From an uncultured Candidatus Saccharibacteria bacterium (GTDB taxonomy: Bacteria; Patescibacteriota; Minisyncoccia; Phycocordibacterales; UBA5272): a stretch of 64,000 nt of DNA. Positions 38,668 to 48,487 of this stretch are shown one piece after another; within the stretch, counting starts at the first letter, position 1, and each line of letters opens with the position of its first letter. The DNA is taken from assembly GCA_964512315.1 (NCBI GenBank), contig CAZEIK010000001.1:20408-84407 (forward strand). The letters are read 5' to 3'. Below the pieces are notes generated by a model. That model was not told the DNA's origin, made no database searches, and saw only the letters and a list, made by a program, of their open reading frames with translations. Position numbers and translations under genes: made by a program.

Positions 38668-39942
38668 ATGAAAGAGCTCGTTAAATACATCATAGTTACC
38701 ATAATCACCCAAGAGGCCAAGTTAATTCTAAAAAAACATAAGCCATTTGTAATAGGTGTTACTGGTAATCTTGGTAAAACGAGCACAAAAGACAGCATTG
38801 TTGCGGCGTTATCTAGTCTCTCAGTGAGAGGAACAGAAAAGTCTCTTAACAGTGAATTCGGTGTGCCTCTTACGATAATTGGCGAGAAAAGTGGTTGGAA
38901 TAATTTGTTCAAGTGGCTGAGGATTATATATCGCGGGCTTGTAGTTTATTTTTCTAAAAACTATCCTAAATACTTAGTCTTAGAAATTGGTGCTGACCAC
39001 AAAGGTGACATAGAGTCAGTTACAAAGTGGCTCAAAACTGACGTAACAGTTTTGACTCAATTCTCAGAGATACCTGTACATGTCGAGAACTTTGCCTCCA
39101 GAGAGGAGCTGGTAAGAGAGAAGCAATTCTTGGCAGAAGCGGTAAAAGAGGGCGGGCTATTTATCTACAATCAAGACTGTCACGACAGTGTCGGGATAGC
39201 AGCAAAGATTAAAAGGAATAAAATTTCTTTTGGTGTACACAGTGGTGACTGGGTAGCCAGAAATATATCCAACTCTCTAGCTAATACTGGCTCAGTATCA
39301 GCTGAGATATTTAACAAAGACAAACATTTAACAGATATATCTTGCGCTGGAGTATTAGGTGAGAGTCCTATATTGTGCGCATTACCAGCCCTTATTGTTG
39401 CGGACTATTTGGAAGTGAATGTGAATGACGCAGCTAAGGGGGTAAGTAATATGAAGCGCGCGGCAGGCAGGATGAGAGTCTTAGAAGGCAAGATGAATTC
39501 AATCCTTATCGACGATACTTATAATGCTTCACCGCTTGCGACTATGCACGGGCTACATACATTAGGTAACTTGGATGGCAAGAGAAAAATTGCGGTCCTG
39601 GGCGACATGTTAGAGCTAGGCGAATACACCAAAGAGGCTCATACAAAAGTTGGCGCCTTAGCTGCTAAGACCGCTCACTTAATATTCACAGTTGGCAATC
39701 GTGCTCGCACCACAGCAGAAGCAGCGCTTGATAATGGCGCAGCGGGTGAGTCTGTTATACAGTGTGAGAATTCTCGTGATGTAGGCAGGGAAGTTTTGAA
39801 GATATTGCAGCCTGGTGACATAGTCTATTTAAAAGGCTCGCAGGGTATACGTATGGAAAGAGCGGTTAAGATGCTCCTTGCTGACCACCTGGACCCATCT
39901 ATCAACCTTGTTCGCCAAGACGAAGAGTGGCTCAAGAGATAA
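38668..39942 (+). CDS. murF: UDP-N-acetylmuramoyl-tripeptide--D-Ala-D-Ala ligase
   Basis: GVTGNLGKTSTK, GRM, DDTYNASP, LGDMLELG, KGSQ. Confidence 0.9.
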   Translation: MKELVKYIIVTIITQEAKLILKKHKPFVIGVTGNLGKTSTKDSIVAALSSLSVRGTEKSLNSEFGVPLTIIGEKSGWNNLFKWLRIIYRGLVVYFSKNYPKYLVLEIGADHKGDIESVTKWLKTDVTVLTQFSEIPVHVENFASREELVREKQFLAEAVKEGGLFIYNQDCHDSVGIAAKIKRNKISFGVHSGDWVARNISNSLANTGSVSAEIFNKDKHLTDISCAGVLGESPILCALPALIVADYLEVNVNDAAKGVSNMKRAAGRMRVLEGKMNSILIDDTYNASPLATMHGLHTLGNLDGKRKIAVLGDMLELGEYTKEAHTKVGALAAKTAHLIFTVGNRARTTAEAALDNGAAGESVIQCENSRDVGREVLKILQPGDIVYLKGSQGIRMERAVKMLLADHLDPSINLVRQDEEWLKR

Positions 39943-39967
39943 CGCATCTGATGTATAATATATTTAT

Positions 39968-40465
39968 ATGAAAATATTATTCTGGTTATTTTTAATAACC
40001 GTTGTTTATATAATTTATAAAAAGCATTTTGTAAATTATGAAGATAAGATCACAAGCGATAAAGATATACCTATAGAAAAAAGACCTTTTGTATTTGATA
40101 TACAGTCAGAATTAGTGCTCTATAAGGTATTATTAGAAACATTTTCCGATAAGTATTTTGTAATGCCACAAATTGGTTACGAGAGATTGATAAAAGTAAA
40201 AGCAGGAGAAGATCGATACTTTAGAAATTTTTTTGATAAAAAAAGAGCTGATTTTGTATTGTGTGATATAGAGAGAGGCGTGGCTAAGCTTGTTATAGAG
40301 CTAGATGGACCAAGTCATGGTTCACAACAAAAAATTGATAGAGATGAAAAGGTTGATCAAATGATGGAAGCCATAAAGCTTCCTATACTTCATTTAACAA
40401 CAAATAACTTCGATAAAGAATACTTAAGACAAGAGGTTAATAAAAAAATATCTGAATATTTATAA
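39968..40465 (+). CDS. DUF2726 domain protein
   Basis: N-terminal TM; ADFVLCD, VIELDGPSH, RDEKVD. Confidence 0.85.
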   Translation: MKILFWLFLITVVYIIYKKHFVNYEDKITSDKDIPIEKRPFVFDIQSELVLYKVLLETFSDKYFVMPQIGYERLIKVKAGEDRYFRNFFDKKRADFVLCDIERGVAKLVIELDGPSHGSQQKIDRDEKVDQMMEAIKLPILHLTTNNFDKEYLRQEVNKKISEYL

Positions 40466-40467
40466 TT

Positions 40468-41088
40468 TTATTTATTATTTATATTTATCATTAGATACAC
40501 CAACAAAGTAACTGCTAGGGTAGTTGTAAGCCAGACTACATTTCTATACAACGAGTCGCTGCCGTAAGTAAATATAAATGCAAAAGGGGTTATACCGATC
40601 AGCGTGGTTGCAGCATTCATTTTGTGCGTTACTTGTTTCGAGAATAATGCTAGTCCATATGACAGTACATCAACTGGGAATGTCATGCGTAAGAGTATTA
40701 ATTTCCAGAATACATTACCGCTACTTATCATCCGGTCTATATATAGATAATTCTTAAAAGAAGGGAATTTGGTTAGTAGTAGCTCGCTATAATGCCTACC
40801 AATAGCGAATGACCCCACAGACCCGATCCACCATCCGAGTATACACAGCACAGCTGCCCAGAATGGTCCGAATACAGCAGTACCAAGCGGTATGAACATC
40901 ATGTTTGTAAAAGATGGGAACACTACCGCAAGCGCCGCCAGCATTACAAACACCACACTTCCCATCGTGTGATGATTGATAACGTATCCGAGTACTTCAT
41001 CTTTTAAGTAGTAAGACAAAAGTAAACCAATACCAAAAATTAAAACACTTACTACAACTGGCTTAACAATAACTGAGCTCCACTTCAT
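40468..41088 (-). CDS. VTT/DedA-like (TVP38) membrane protein
   Basis: FGPFWA, GS..SF.IGR, LLRM..P.D.LSY..AL. Confidence 0.85.
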   Translation of the reverse strand: MKWSSVIVKPVVVSVLIFGIGLLLSYYLKDEVLGYVINHHTMGSVVFVMLAALAVVFPSFTNMMFIPLGTAVFGPFWAAVLCILGWWIGSVGSFAIGRHYSELLLTKFPSFKNYLYIDRMISSGNVFWKLILLRMTFPVDVLSYGLALFSKQVTHKMNAATTLIGITPFAFIFTYGSDSLYRNVVWLTTTLAVTLLVYLMININNK

Positions 41089-41121
41089 GTCTAGAGTATA
41101 CCCTAATAAAACTTTATTTTG

Positions 41122-41193
41122 TGATCCCAGGGGGAGTCGAACCCCCGTTAACGGATTGAAAACCCGTTGTCCTAACCATTAGACGATGGGACC
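41122..41193 (-). tRNA. tRNA-Glu (TTC)
   Basis: Reverse complement GGTCCCATCGTCTAATGGTTAGGACAACGGGTT-TTC-AATCCGT...GGTTCGACTCC...GGGATCA; CCA not encoded. Confidence 0.95.
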
Positions 41194-41260
41194 TGAATAG
41201 GGTATATATTAACACATTTTATGTCTTTTGAAAATAGAAGCATTATAATTAAAATGGGAA

Positions 41261-42088
41261 CTAGTTCTCGATTTTGTTAAGGTAAGAGTTGATGTTAGAT
41301 AGGACTTTTTGAGTGTCGTTTATCTTGTTTACAATTGTCTGGGCGCTGGTAAAGAGGTCGCCAGTCCAAGAGAAAATAGCTAAGACACTACCGAGGCCTA
41401 TTCTGCCACGAAGGAATAGCGAGACGGCTATTATGAGTGATAAGTAACGGGTGAAGATTATCAATAGCTCGCGCCTGTGCCCGTGGGTAAGTCCGTAGCT
41501 GAGGGTTAGGGTGTGATATTTTAAGAAGTTAAGGCTTCGATGTTTCCAATTCTCTTCGTTCTTCTCTGCCATGTTGTTGTGTAGTGTTGCGAACTTTTTG
41601 ATCCAGAGTATTAATATGGCTATCTTTATCATACACAAGACTGCGATAAAAGGTGAGTAGTAGGATATAGCTAAGACAATAAGCGTTAGGTATGAGAGGC
41701 TGGGTAATATGTAGTTAAAGTAATTAGTCACCAGTAGGTTGATGCCTTGCTCACCTTTTAACTTGATAGTATCACTCGAGTCTAGATTCTTCTCTGAGAA
41801 GTTCTCCAAAAAAGTGTGTAGCTTAACTTCTAATTTCTTGAGGCTGTGAAGCTTCTGGAAAAGTTCAGCACGATTAAGTATAAGTGAGACTATAGGATAA
41901 GTGAGTAGCCACAAAACAACCATGTTAACGTCCTTGATGTATAGATTATTAATTATCTCAGAGAGGAGTAGGGTGAGTAGTATCTTAGATATTTGTATAC
42001 AAAAGTTAACCAAGAATTGAACATAGAAGTCCTTATGGAAGGGCTTGAGCATTCTCCAAATCTTATATATAAAAAACTTCTCTTTCAT
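41261..42088 (-). CDS. Stand-alone ABC exporter transmembrane domain, paralog of 11029..12789, no ATPase domain
   Basis: WRMLKPFHKDFYVQ vs WKLLKPFHRDFYIQ; intact frame with two internal gaps; may be a relic. Confidence 0.7.
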   Translation of the reverse strand: MKEKFFIYKIWRMLKPFHKDFYVQFLVNFCIQISKILLTLLLSEIINNLYIKDVNMVVLWLLTYPIVSLILNRAELFQKLHSLKKLEVKLHTFLENFSEKNLDSSDTIKLKGEQGINLLVTNYFNYILPSLSYLTLIVLAISYYSPFIAVLCMIKIAILILWIKKFATLHNNMAEKNEENWKHRSLNFLKYHTLTLSYGLTHGHRRELLIIFTRYLSLIIAVSLFLRGRIGLGSVLAIFSWTGDLFTSAQTIVNKINDTQKVLSNINSYLNKIEN

Positions 42089-42146
42089 AAGTTGAGTTAA
42101 TTATAACAAAAACATATCATTTTGAATGATAGTTTTTGACAGGTGC

Positions 42147-43064
42147 CTATTTAGTACGAAGGTGTACGTATATATCCTCGATAGCACGCACAGCGTCACC
42201 TGAGGCTATATTGTTCTGATGATACAAAATATTAGTACAATCCCCAGCAGCCCAAACATTGTCTCCCGCTTGTTGTGTCCAAGGGTCTATTTTGACTCTG
42301 TTGCTGTCGTCGAGTGTGACTATGTCTTTACACCAGGCAGTGGCTGGTATCTGTCCAACCTCTACAAATATTCCAGATACTTCTAATTTGTTTACTTGCC
42401 CGTCAGAATCTCTGTAGCTGAGTGCGTTTACGAATTTGTCACCGTGTACTTCGGTTGGGACTGCATTTTCAATTAATTTGAATTTAGGATTTGATTTTAA
42501 TTTTTCAATTGTTATGGCGTCCGCTCTTGCGGCGCTCCTCGAGAGCAAGGTTACTGATTTACAATATGCAAGCAGTTGGGCAGCAGACTCGAATCCAGCA
42601 TTACCACCACCGACCACAACCACATCCATACCAGAGAAGAATGGCCCGTCACAACTAGCGCAATAAGTGAGGCCTTTGTGTTCGAATACATCCGCATTAA
42701 CGGCATCCAATTTTCTTCTCTGTGATCCGGTTGTTATAAGTAGGGCAGAAGAGGTGTATTCAGATCCATCTTCTAGTTTTATTTTGACTTGATTATTATC
42801 GCGAGATGCAGACGATACATATGAGCCATCTTTTATGTCGAGGAATTCACCTTTGTATTCCATTACGTGTTGCTTCAAGCTCTCGGCTAATTTTGCGCCA
42901 CTGATGTGCGGTGTACCTATCCAGTTTTGTATATCTTCTGAGACAGTACTTTGCCCGCCCCATTCCTTGAGAATGAGCAGTGTGCGTAGCTGCTTCCTGG
43001 CAGCATAAACAGCAGCAGATGTTCCTGCTGGCCCACCTCCAACAATAATTAAGTCATATGTCAT
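42147..43064 (-). CDS. trxB: Thioredoxin-disulfide reductase
   Basis: GGGPAG, CASCDG, GGGNAG, AAGD. Confidence 0.9.
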   Translation of the reverse strand: MTYDLIIVGGGPAGTSAAVYAARKQLRTLLILKEWGGQSTVSEDIQNWIGTPHISGAKLAESLKQHVMEYKGEFLDIKDGSYVSSASRDNNQVKIKLEDGSEYTSSALLITTGSQRRKLDAVNADVFEHKGLTYCASCDGPFFSGMDVVVVGGGNAGFESAAQLLAYCKSVTLLSRSAARADAITIEKLKSNPKFKLIENAVPTEVHGDKFVNALSYRDSDGQVNKLEVSGIFVEVGQIPATAWCKDIVTLDDSNRVKIDPWTQQAGDNVWAAGDCTNILYHQNNIASGDAVRAIEDIYVHLRTK

Positions 43065-43093
43065 AATTATATGATTATAACATATTAATATTT

Positions 43094-43130
43094 CTTATCC
43101 CCTTCCTATATATATATACATATATATACT
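43094..43130 (+). repeat. Pilin promoter with (TA)n tract, copy 1
   Basis: CTTATCCCCTTCC-(TA)6-CA-(TA)4-CT; tract ends in -10 TATACT, 7 nt before ATG. Confidence 0.85.
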
Positions 43131-43137
43131 GTATAAG

Positions 43138-43932
43138 ATGAGATCGCCTGTTCGTGGATTCACTTTATTAGAGCTAATAGTAGTCATAGCTATTATAGGA
43201 GTATTGTCAGTAATAATAATACCGAGTTTTAGGACGGCGCTGGATAGGGCTAATGATACAAAGTTGAAACAGTTTGCTATCACATTAGATAAGAAGAATG
43301 ACATTATAAATAAATATGATTTTGAAGAGGGTTCAGGATTGTTGTCAAAAGATAGCAATGTATATCAACGAAACAATTTAACCCTCCCAGGTTCTGGTGT
43401 TACATTTAGTCAAAATACATATTCTAGTTCCTCGGCTTACTCTTTACTATTTGATGGTACTAGTTTTGTTACTTCTCAAAATAACCTACCCGTTATTGAT
43501 GGCAAGTCATTTTCGGTGTCGGTTTGGGTTAAAAAAACTCAATCTGACCCATTGAAGAAAACCTTATTTGGTAAATATTCTGGCCTTAATGGATTAGTAT
43601 TTGTTTTTAATAATAATATATTTGCAGTTGAGCGAGCAGGTTTTGTGTCTTGTTCATTGCCATATTCCAGTGATACAAATTGGCATCATTATGTTTTTTC
43701 TTTTAACTCTAATTCAAACATGGGGGTTATTTATGTTGATTCAAAAAAAGAAAATCAATGTAATATGGGAGGGGTGTATGTTGGTAACGATACTCAGCCA
43801 ATAATTTTGGGTCCTGCTATTAATGCTACTTATATGGATGATTTAAGGTTCTTTGATAAGGATATACTTTCCAGTGAAGTGCAGAAGTTATATGCCGAAG
43901 GGCTCAGTAGTGGCAAGTTTGCGAACAGGTAA
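43138..43932 (+). CDS. Type IV prepilin-like protein with LamG/concanavalin-like domain
   Basis: RG-FTLLELIVVIAIIG cleavage/methylation motif; FSVSVWVK, WHHYV, IYVD, MDDLRFF. Confidence 0.9.
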   Translation: MRSPVRGFTLLELIVVIAIIGVLSVIIIPSFRTALDRANDTKLKQFAITLDKKNDIINKYDFEEGSGLLSKDSNVYQRNNLTLPGSGVTFSQNTYSSSSAYSLLFDGTSFVTSQNNLPVIDGKSFSVSVWVKKTQSDPLKKTLFGKYSGLNGLVFVFNNNIFAVERAGFVSCSLPYSSDTNWHHYVFSFNSNSNMGVIYVDSKKENQCNMGGVYVGNDTQPIILGPAINATYMDDLRFFDKDILSSEVQKLYAEGLSSGKFANR

Positions 43933-43972
43933 AATTAAAGTGCGGCCACGTAGTGACCCCGCACTTTAATTT
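43932..43972. terminator. Bidirectional terminator between pilin and ftsZ
   Basis: AAATTAAAGTGCGG...CCGCACTTTAATTT. Confidence 0.75.
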
Positions 43973-43976
43973 CACC

Positions 43977-45215
43977 CTATTTCTTTCTTCTTTGTAAGAA
44001 TGGAGGCAGCGATCCCCAGTCATCATCTTCATCCTCATCAACATTAACCATTGGTTTGGTTTTTTTGTCTTCTGAGAATTTTTCAACTTTGCTCTCTTTC
44101 TCTTGTGTGTCACTTTCAGTCACTGAGTTGTCGATTCTATTCTCTGTATCTTTTTTAGAGATTGCATCACGAAGAGTTACCTCCTTCTCTAGTTTTGGTT
44201 CCGGTTTAGGAGTCTCCCTGTTGTAAAAAGTTTCTCTGTCTTCTGAGTGTTTGCGAGAAGTAGGGAAGCCAGTAGCTATTACAGTTACTTTTATCTCATC
44301 TTTTTTCAAAGTCTCATCATTGTAAATACCGTATATAATCTTGGCATCATTAGAAACAGATTCAGTAACAATACGAGAAGCGTCAGCAGTTTCGAGTAAT
44401 GTTAAGTCATCTGAGCCGAATATTACATATAGCAGTCCTGTTGCATTGTTGATTGATATATCCAAAAGCGGATTAGATATAGCGGCTGTGGCTGCGTCTG
44501 CTGCGCGACTCTCTCCAGCGGCACGCCCCATACCGAATAATGCTGTGCCAGAATCCTTGAGAATGCGTCTAATATCATTGAAGTCCAGATTCATGCGGCC
44601 CGATAGGCGTATAATCTCCGAGATGCCTTCTACGGCTTGTTTTAATATCTCGTCACACATCGCGAAGGCTTGTGTCACAGTAGTGTTCTTGTCTACAACA
44701 GATAATATTCTGTCATTCGGAATTGTGATGAGTGCATCAACCTCTTTCTCCAAATCCTCCAAACCTTTCTCAGCTAGACGCATACGTTGTGCACCTTCGA
44801 AGAAGAATGGCTTAGTAGCAACAGCAACAGTTAATATACCTTCATTTTTACAAATACTAGCAACAACAGGAGCGGCACCAGTGAATGTTCCTCCTCCGCA
44901 ACCTCCAGCAATGAATACCATGTCGGCACCCTTGATAGCCTCCATTATCTCCTCGCGAGTCTCTTCTGCTGATCTCTTGCCAACTTCTGGATCCATACCA
45001 GCCCCGAGGCCTCGTGTTAAGTTCTTGCCGATGTGAATTTTCTTCTCAGCTAGACAATTGTGAAGATCTTGAGTGTCTGTGTTTATAGCGATGAACTCAA
45101 CTCCTTTTATTTTTGAGTTAACCATGTGATTCAGTGCGTTCTTGCCTGATCCTCCTATGCCGATAACTTTTATATTTGCTGCTGTTTCTATTGTTGTACC
45201 TGTGATTTTAGCCAT
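43977..45215 (-). CDS. ftsZ: Cell division protein FtsZ
   Basis: NTD, GLGAG, GGCGGGTFTG, NLDFND, C-terminal PPFLQR. Confidence 0.97.
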   Translation of the reverse strand: MAKITGTTIETAANIKVIGIGGSGKNALNHMVNSKIKGVEFIAINTDTQDLHNCLAEKKIHIGKNLTRGLGAGMDPEVGKRSAEETREEIMEAIKGADMVFIAGGCGGGTFTGAAPVVASICKNEGILTVAVATKPFFFEGAQRMRLAEKGLEDLEKEVDALITIPNDRILSVVDKNTTVTQAFAMCDEILKQAVEGISEIIRLSGRMNLDFNDIRRILKDSGTALFGMGRAAGESRAADAATAAISNPLLDISINNATGLLYVIFGSDDLTLLETADASRIVTESVSNDAKIIYGIYNDETLKKDEIKVTVIATGFPTSRKHSEDRETFYNRETPKPEPKLEKEVTLRDAISKKDTENRIDNSVTESDTQEKESKVEKFSEDKKTKPMVNVDEDEDDDWGSLPPFLQRRKK

Positions 45216-45287
45216 ACTTTTTAATGTGAGTAATGGGTTAAGTATAGCAAAGAAATATTTGTATAGCTAAGTTGACAAAGGTGTCTT

Positions 45288-46472
45288 TTATGGTAGAAAT
45301 CTCTTTATAAAATTAGATGTTTTTGCGAATCCTCTTTTAAGCAATGACATATATAGACCTCCCTCGGATATAGATTCAGCGAAAAATGTTAGGCCGTACA
45401 CACGGGCATATTTTATATCGTCTATGTAGAATCTCTCACTTGCGCGCAAGTTGCGTAGCGCATTACCAATAGGTAGCCTCAGGTCGAATCTAAAGTAGTG
45501 CTCAATCTTATTTAGAAGTGAGGTGCCTCCCAATAATACAACTCCAGCAGGCAATAATTCAGCGCGCATTATTCTCGCTAGTTCATCTGTGATTTTCATT
45601 GCCATGTCACTGACTCTGGCTTCTACTATTTCTTCATATCTTCTCTTTGAATATTCAGTGTCATTGTTACCGTGCTTGATCTCTTCCGCTATGTCTACTG
45701 GTACGCGTAGCCCTAATGCTATGTCACTAGTAATCTGTTCGCCGCCAGCTTTTATTATTGAGATTAATAGTGGCACACTGTTCTCATATACGCATATCGA
45801 TGTTGTGTCTGCACCTAGGTTAATGCTAGCCGAGCCTATTCTTTTTTCTCTTTTAGAAAGTGATACATATGCATCAGCAAGTGGGGCAGAGACGAGCATG
45901 TCTATGTCCAATCCTATTGAGTCGAATACTTCGTTAACTATTTGCTCTTGCTTGGAGTCGTCTGAGATTATTAGTATTTTACTTTCTATTTTAGAGCCGC
46001 GTAAACCTTCTGGGCTACCAACAACTTCTACACCATCTATCCAGTTTTTAATTGGTATAGCGTGTAATACGGTTTTGTTCTTGGCATTGTCGCATTTTTC
46101 TTTGGCTAGGTCTGTGAGCTTTTCTATATCTAAAAATGTAATCATGCCGTCTGCACGAGATACAAAAGTGTTAACTGTGGTAGTGCCAGAGCGCTGACCT
46201 ATTCCGCCGAGACCAACTATTGTCTGGCCCGGAATCTTTTTGTAATTCTTAGTAACTTTCTTACTTAGCTTTTGTAGTGAGTCTTTGAATAGATCTGGCT
46301 CTACAATGACTCCGCAAGATACACCAGCCGAAGGCTCCTCATAAGCATCCAATAGCAAGCCGTCATGTGTTGTAACTGCAGCACGCAAGAATGATGAACC
46401 AATATCAATACCGAGCCTCAAGTTCTCAGTAGACAATTCTTTTTTATTTGTAGAATTTTTTGGTAAGTTCAT
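45288..46472 (-). CDS. ftsA: Cell division protein FtsA
   Basis: GIDIGSS, GG..IT.DIA, AEEIK, IVEAR, GVVLLGG; adjacent to ftsZ; start uncertain. Confidence 0.9.
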   Translation of the reverse strand: MNLPKNSTNKKELSTENLRLGIDIGSSFLRAAVTTHDGLLLDAYEEPSAGVSCGVIVEPDLFKDSLQKLSKKVTKNYKKIPGQTIVGLGGIGQRSGTTTVNTFVSRADGMITFLDIEKLTDLAKEKCDNAKNKTVLHAIPIKNWIDGVEVVGSPEGLRGSKIESKILIISDDSKQEQIVNEVFDSIGLDIDMLVSAPLADAYVSLSKREKRIGSASINLGADTTSICVYENSVPLLISIIKAGGEQITSDIALGLRVPVDIAEEIKHGNNDTEYSKRRYEEIVEARVSDMAMKITDELARIMRAELLPAGVVLLGGTSLLNKIEHYFRFDLRLPIGNALRNLRASERFYIDDIKYARVYGLTFFAESISEGGLYMSLLKRGFAKTSNFIKRFLP

Positions 46473-46833
46473 CTTCTAGTTCTTCCATTCTACTACTATG
46501 ATCGTGTCCTTTCAAATGCAATATCCCGTGTACGACTAATAACGTGAGATATTTTTCATAATTCATATCAAAATCTTTGTATTGTTTTCTGGCTACACTT
46601 CTGCAAATATATATTTCGCCATTATTCTCATCTAGAGGGAAAGTTAATATGTTAGGAATATAATCTTTTTGTCTGTATGTTTTGTTCAGGTGCAGAGCTT
46701 TCTTTGGTCCTATAAAAATTAAGTTAAGGTTGAACTTTTTTCCTAAAATGTACTCTTTAATTTGCAAAACAGGCACATTTGGAATTGTGCCTGTTTCTGA
46801 AACTATTTCTACGTTGTGTAGAGACTTTCTCAT
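46444..46833 (-). CDS. ybeY: Endoribonuclease YbeY
   Basis: LNKTYRQKD..NILTF, GEIYI, HGILHLKGHDH. Confidence 0.93.
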   Translation of the reverse strand: MRKSLHNVEIVSETGTIPNVPVLQIKEYILGKKFNLNLIFIGPKKALHLNKTYRQKDYIPNILTFPLDENNGEIYICRSVARKQYKDFDMNYEKYLTLLVVHGILHLKGHDHSSRMEELEDELTKKFYK

Positions 46834-46835
46834 TC

Positions 46836-47078
46836 TTATTTCTTTTTCTTATCTAGAGACACTCCAAGTCTTTTTAGTTTTGCGTATTTTGCTGCTCCAG
46901 CTAATTTTTTCAATTTAGCGCGTTTAACTTTCAGTCCTGATATTTCACGCTCACTGTATCTTATGCTGCGAACACGAGGAAGAACTCCAGATTCTTGAAC
47001 CTTCTTCTGAAATCTGCGAAGCAGGCTTGCAGCTGGCTCTGTCTTGTTTTTATCTACTTTAACATTAATCATTGTCAT
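46836..47078 (-). CDS. rpsU: 30S ribosomal protein S21
   Basis: V.V....E...LLRRFQKKVQESGVL..VR; basic tail; start may be 47072. Confidence 0.85.
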   Translation of the reverse strand: MTMINVKVDKNKTEPAASLLRRFQKKVQESGVLPRVRSIRYSEREISGLKVKRAKLKKLAGAAKYAKLKRLGVSLDKKKK

Positions 47079-47107
47079 GCAGGGCATCATATCACATTTT
47101 AGAGGAA

Positions 47108-47144
47108 TCGTAAAGCGCCGCCCCTCCGAGGCGGCGCTTTACGA
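47108..47144. terminator. Hairpin between hisS and rpsU
   Basis: TCGTAAAGCGCCGCC-7 nt-GGCGGCGCTTTACGA. Confidence 0.65.
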
Positions 47145-47162
47145 AGTCACAAATATCGCCTT

Positions 47163-48467
47163 TTATTTAAGATTTTTGATGTACTCACAAAGCTTTTCTA
47201 TTTTAACTGTGTCTTGGCTGTGAGTTTTCATATTGCGAACTATGACAGTGTTATCCATCGCTTCTTTTTGGCCGAATATAACACAATAAGGTATATTCAT
47301 TTTTTCTGCTACAGCTAATTGTTGAGACAGGGAGTCCTTGGACAGTGACTGGTGTATTGGTATATGAGCCTTGCGAAGTATTTCTATTATTTTTAGAGAT
47401 TTGAGTTTAGCTTCGAATCCTAGTTGAATAAAGTACACTTTAGCTGGCTTCATTATACGAGGCATTAGCTTAGCGCATTCAGGGAATAGCATTATGCGAT
47501 CGAAACCAAGAGCTGTACCAACAGCGGGGACATCTTTTTTACTGCCTAGGTCTTTGGCTAAGTAATCATAGCGTCCCCCACCAGTTATAGTGATTTCTTT
47601 TTCATTACCTTTTTCGTCTACTTCTGTTTTGATTACTTCGAATACTGTGCGACTGTAATAGCTAAGACCACGCACTAGTCCTGGGTTAATACGATAAGGT
47701 ATATTCATCTCCTCGAGATATTGCAGAACCTCTTTGAAATGCTTGCGTGCATCAGAAGAGAGGAAAGATATAGATTGAGGTGCATTTTCTTTGTATGGCT
47801 GACATTCTTCTTTTTTACAGTCGAGCATACGTAGAGGGTTGGTCTTGATTCTCTCCTTACAATCGTCACACATATTAGATACGTTCTTCTTGTAATAATT
47901 AGTTAGCTCACGCAAATATTGTGGGCGTGTCTCTTTGTCACCCATAGAATTAATATCTATAGTTAAATCCTTGAATCCAAATTCTTCTAATATGTCATAC
48001 AAAGTTCTTATGACTAACGCATCAGCTACTGACTTCTGTGTACCTATTATCTCTATGTCGAATTGTCTAAATTCGCGAAGGCGTCCACGTTGAGGATTCT
48101 CATGGCGGAAAAGTGGGCCATATGAGTAGAGCAGTACTGGTTGAGGGAGGTTCTGCATACCATTCTCCATGTATGCACGCATAATGCTTGCGGTGTATTC
48201 TGGGCGCATTGCTACTTTGTCGCTACCTTTAACTGAGAATGAGTACATCTCCTTGTCTACAACGTCAGTTCCTTCTCCTATAGCTGAAGTAAAAGTGTCT
48301 AGTCGCTCTAGTGTTGGTGTCTCTATGGGGGTGAATCCATAATAAACAGCAACCTCTTGAGCTTTCTCAAACATTCCTTGGTATTGATAATAAACATCTC
48401 CTATCAAATCCTGTGTACCTTTTAATTTTATCGGGGCTTCTTTTTTGTTTTGCGTTTCTTTGCTCAT
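47163..48467 (-). CDS. hisS: Histidine--tRNA ligase
   Basis: KGTQD, KEMY, RPEYTA, FRHENPQRGR.REF, LVRGLSYY, GGGRYD. Confidence 0.97.
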   Translation of the reverse strand: MSKETQNKKEAPIKLKGTQDLIGDVYYQYQGMFEKAQEVAVYYGFTPIETPTLERLDTFTSAIGEGTDVVDKEMYSFSVKGSDKVAMRPEYTASIMRAYMENGMQNLPQPVLLYSYGPLFRHENPQRGRLREFRQFDIEIIGTQKSVADALVIRTLYDILEEFGFKDLTIDINSMGDKETRPQYLRELTNYYKKNVSNMCDDCKERIKTNPLRMLDCKKEECQPYKENAPQSISFLSSDARKHFKEVLQYLEEMNIPYRINPGLVRGLSYYSRTVFEVIKTEVDEKGNEKEITITGGGRYDYLAKDLGSKKDVPAVGTALGFDRIMLFPECAKLMPRIMKPAKVYFIQLGFEAKLKSLKIIEILRKAHIPIHQSLSKDSLSQQLAVAEKMNIPYCVIFGQKEAMDNTVIVRNMKTHSQDTVKIEKLCEYIKNLK

Positions 48468-48487
48468 AATTAATTGATTTTCAGATT

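Noticed and set aside
44341-46197. Long antisense ORFs over ftsZ/ftsA, and similar ones over dnaE, typA and the ABC-F gene
   Set aside because: Shadow frames of conserved genes with no recognisable motifs
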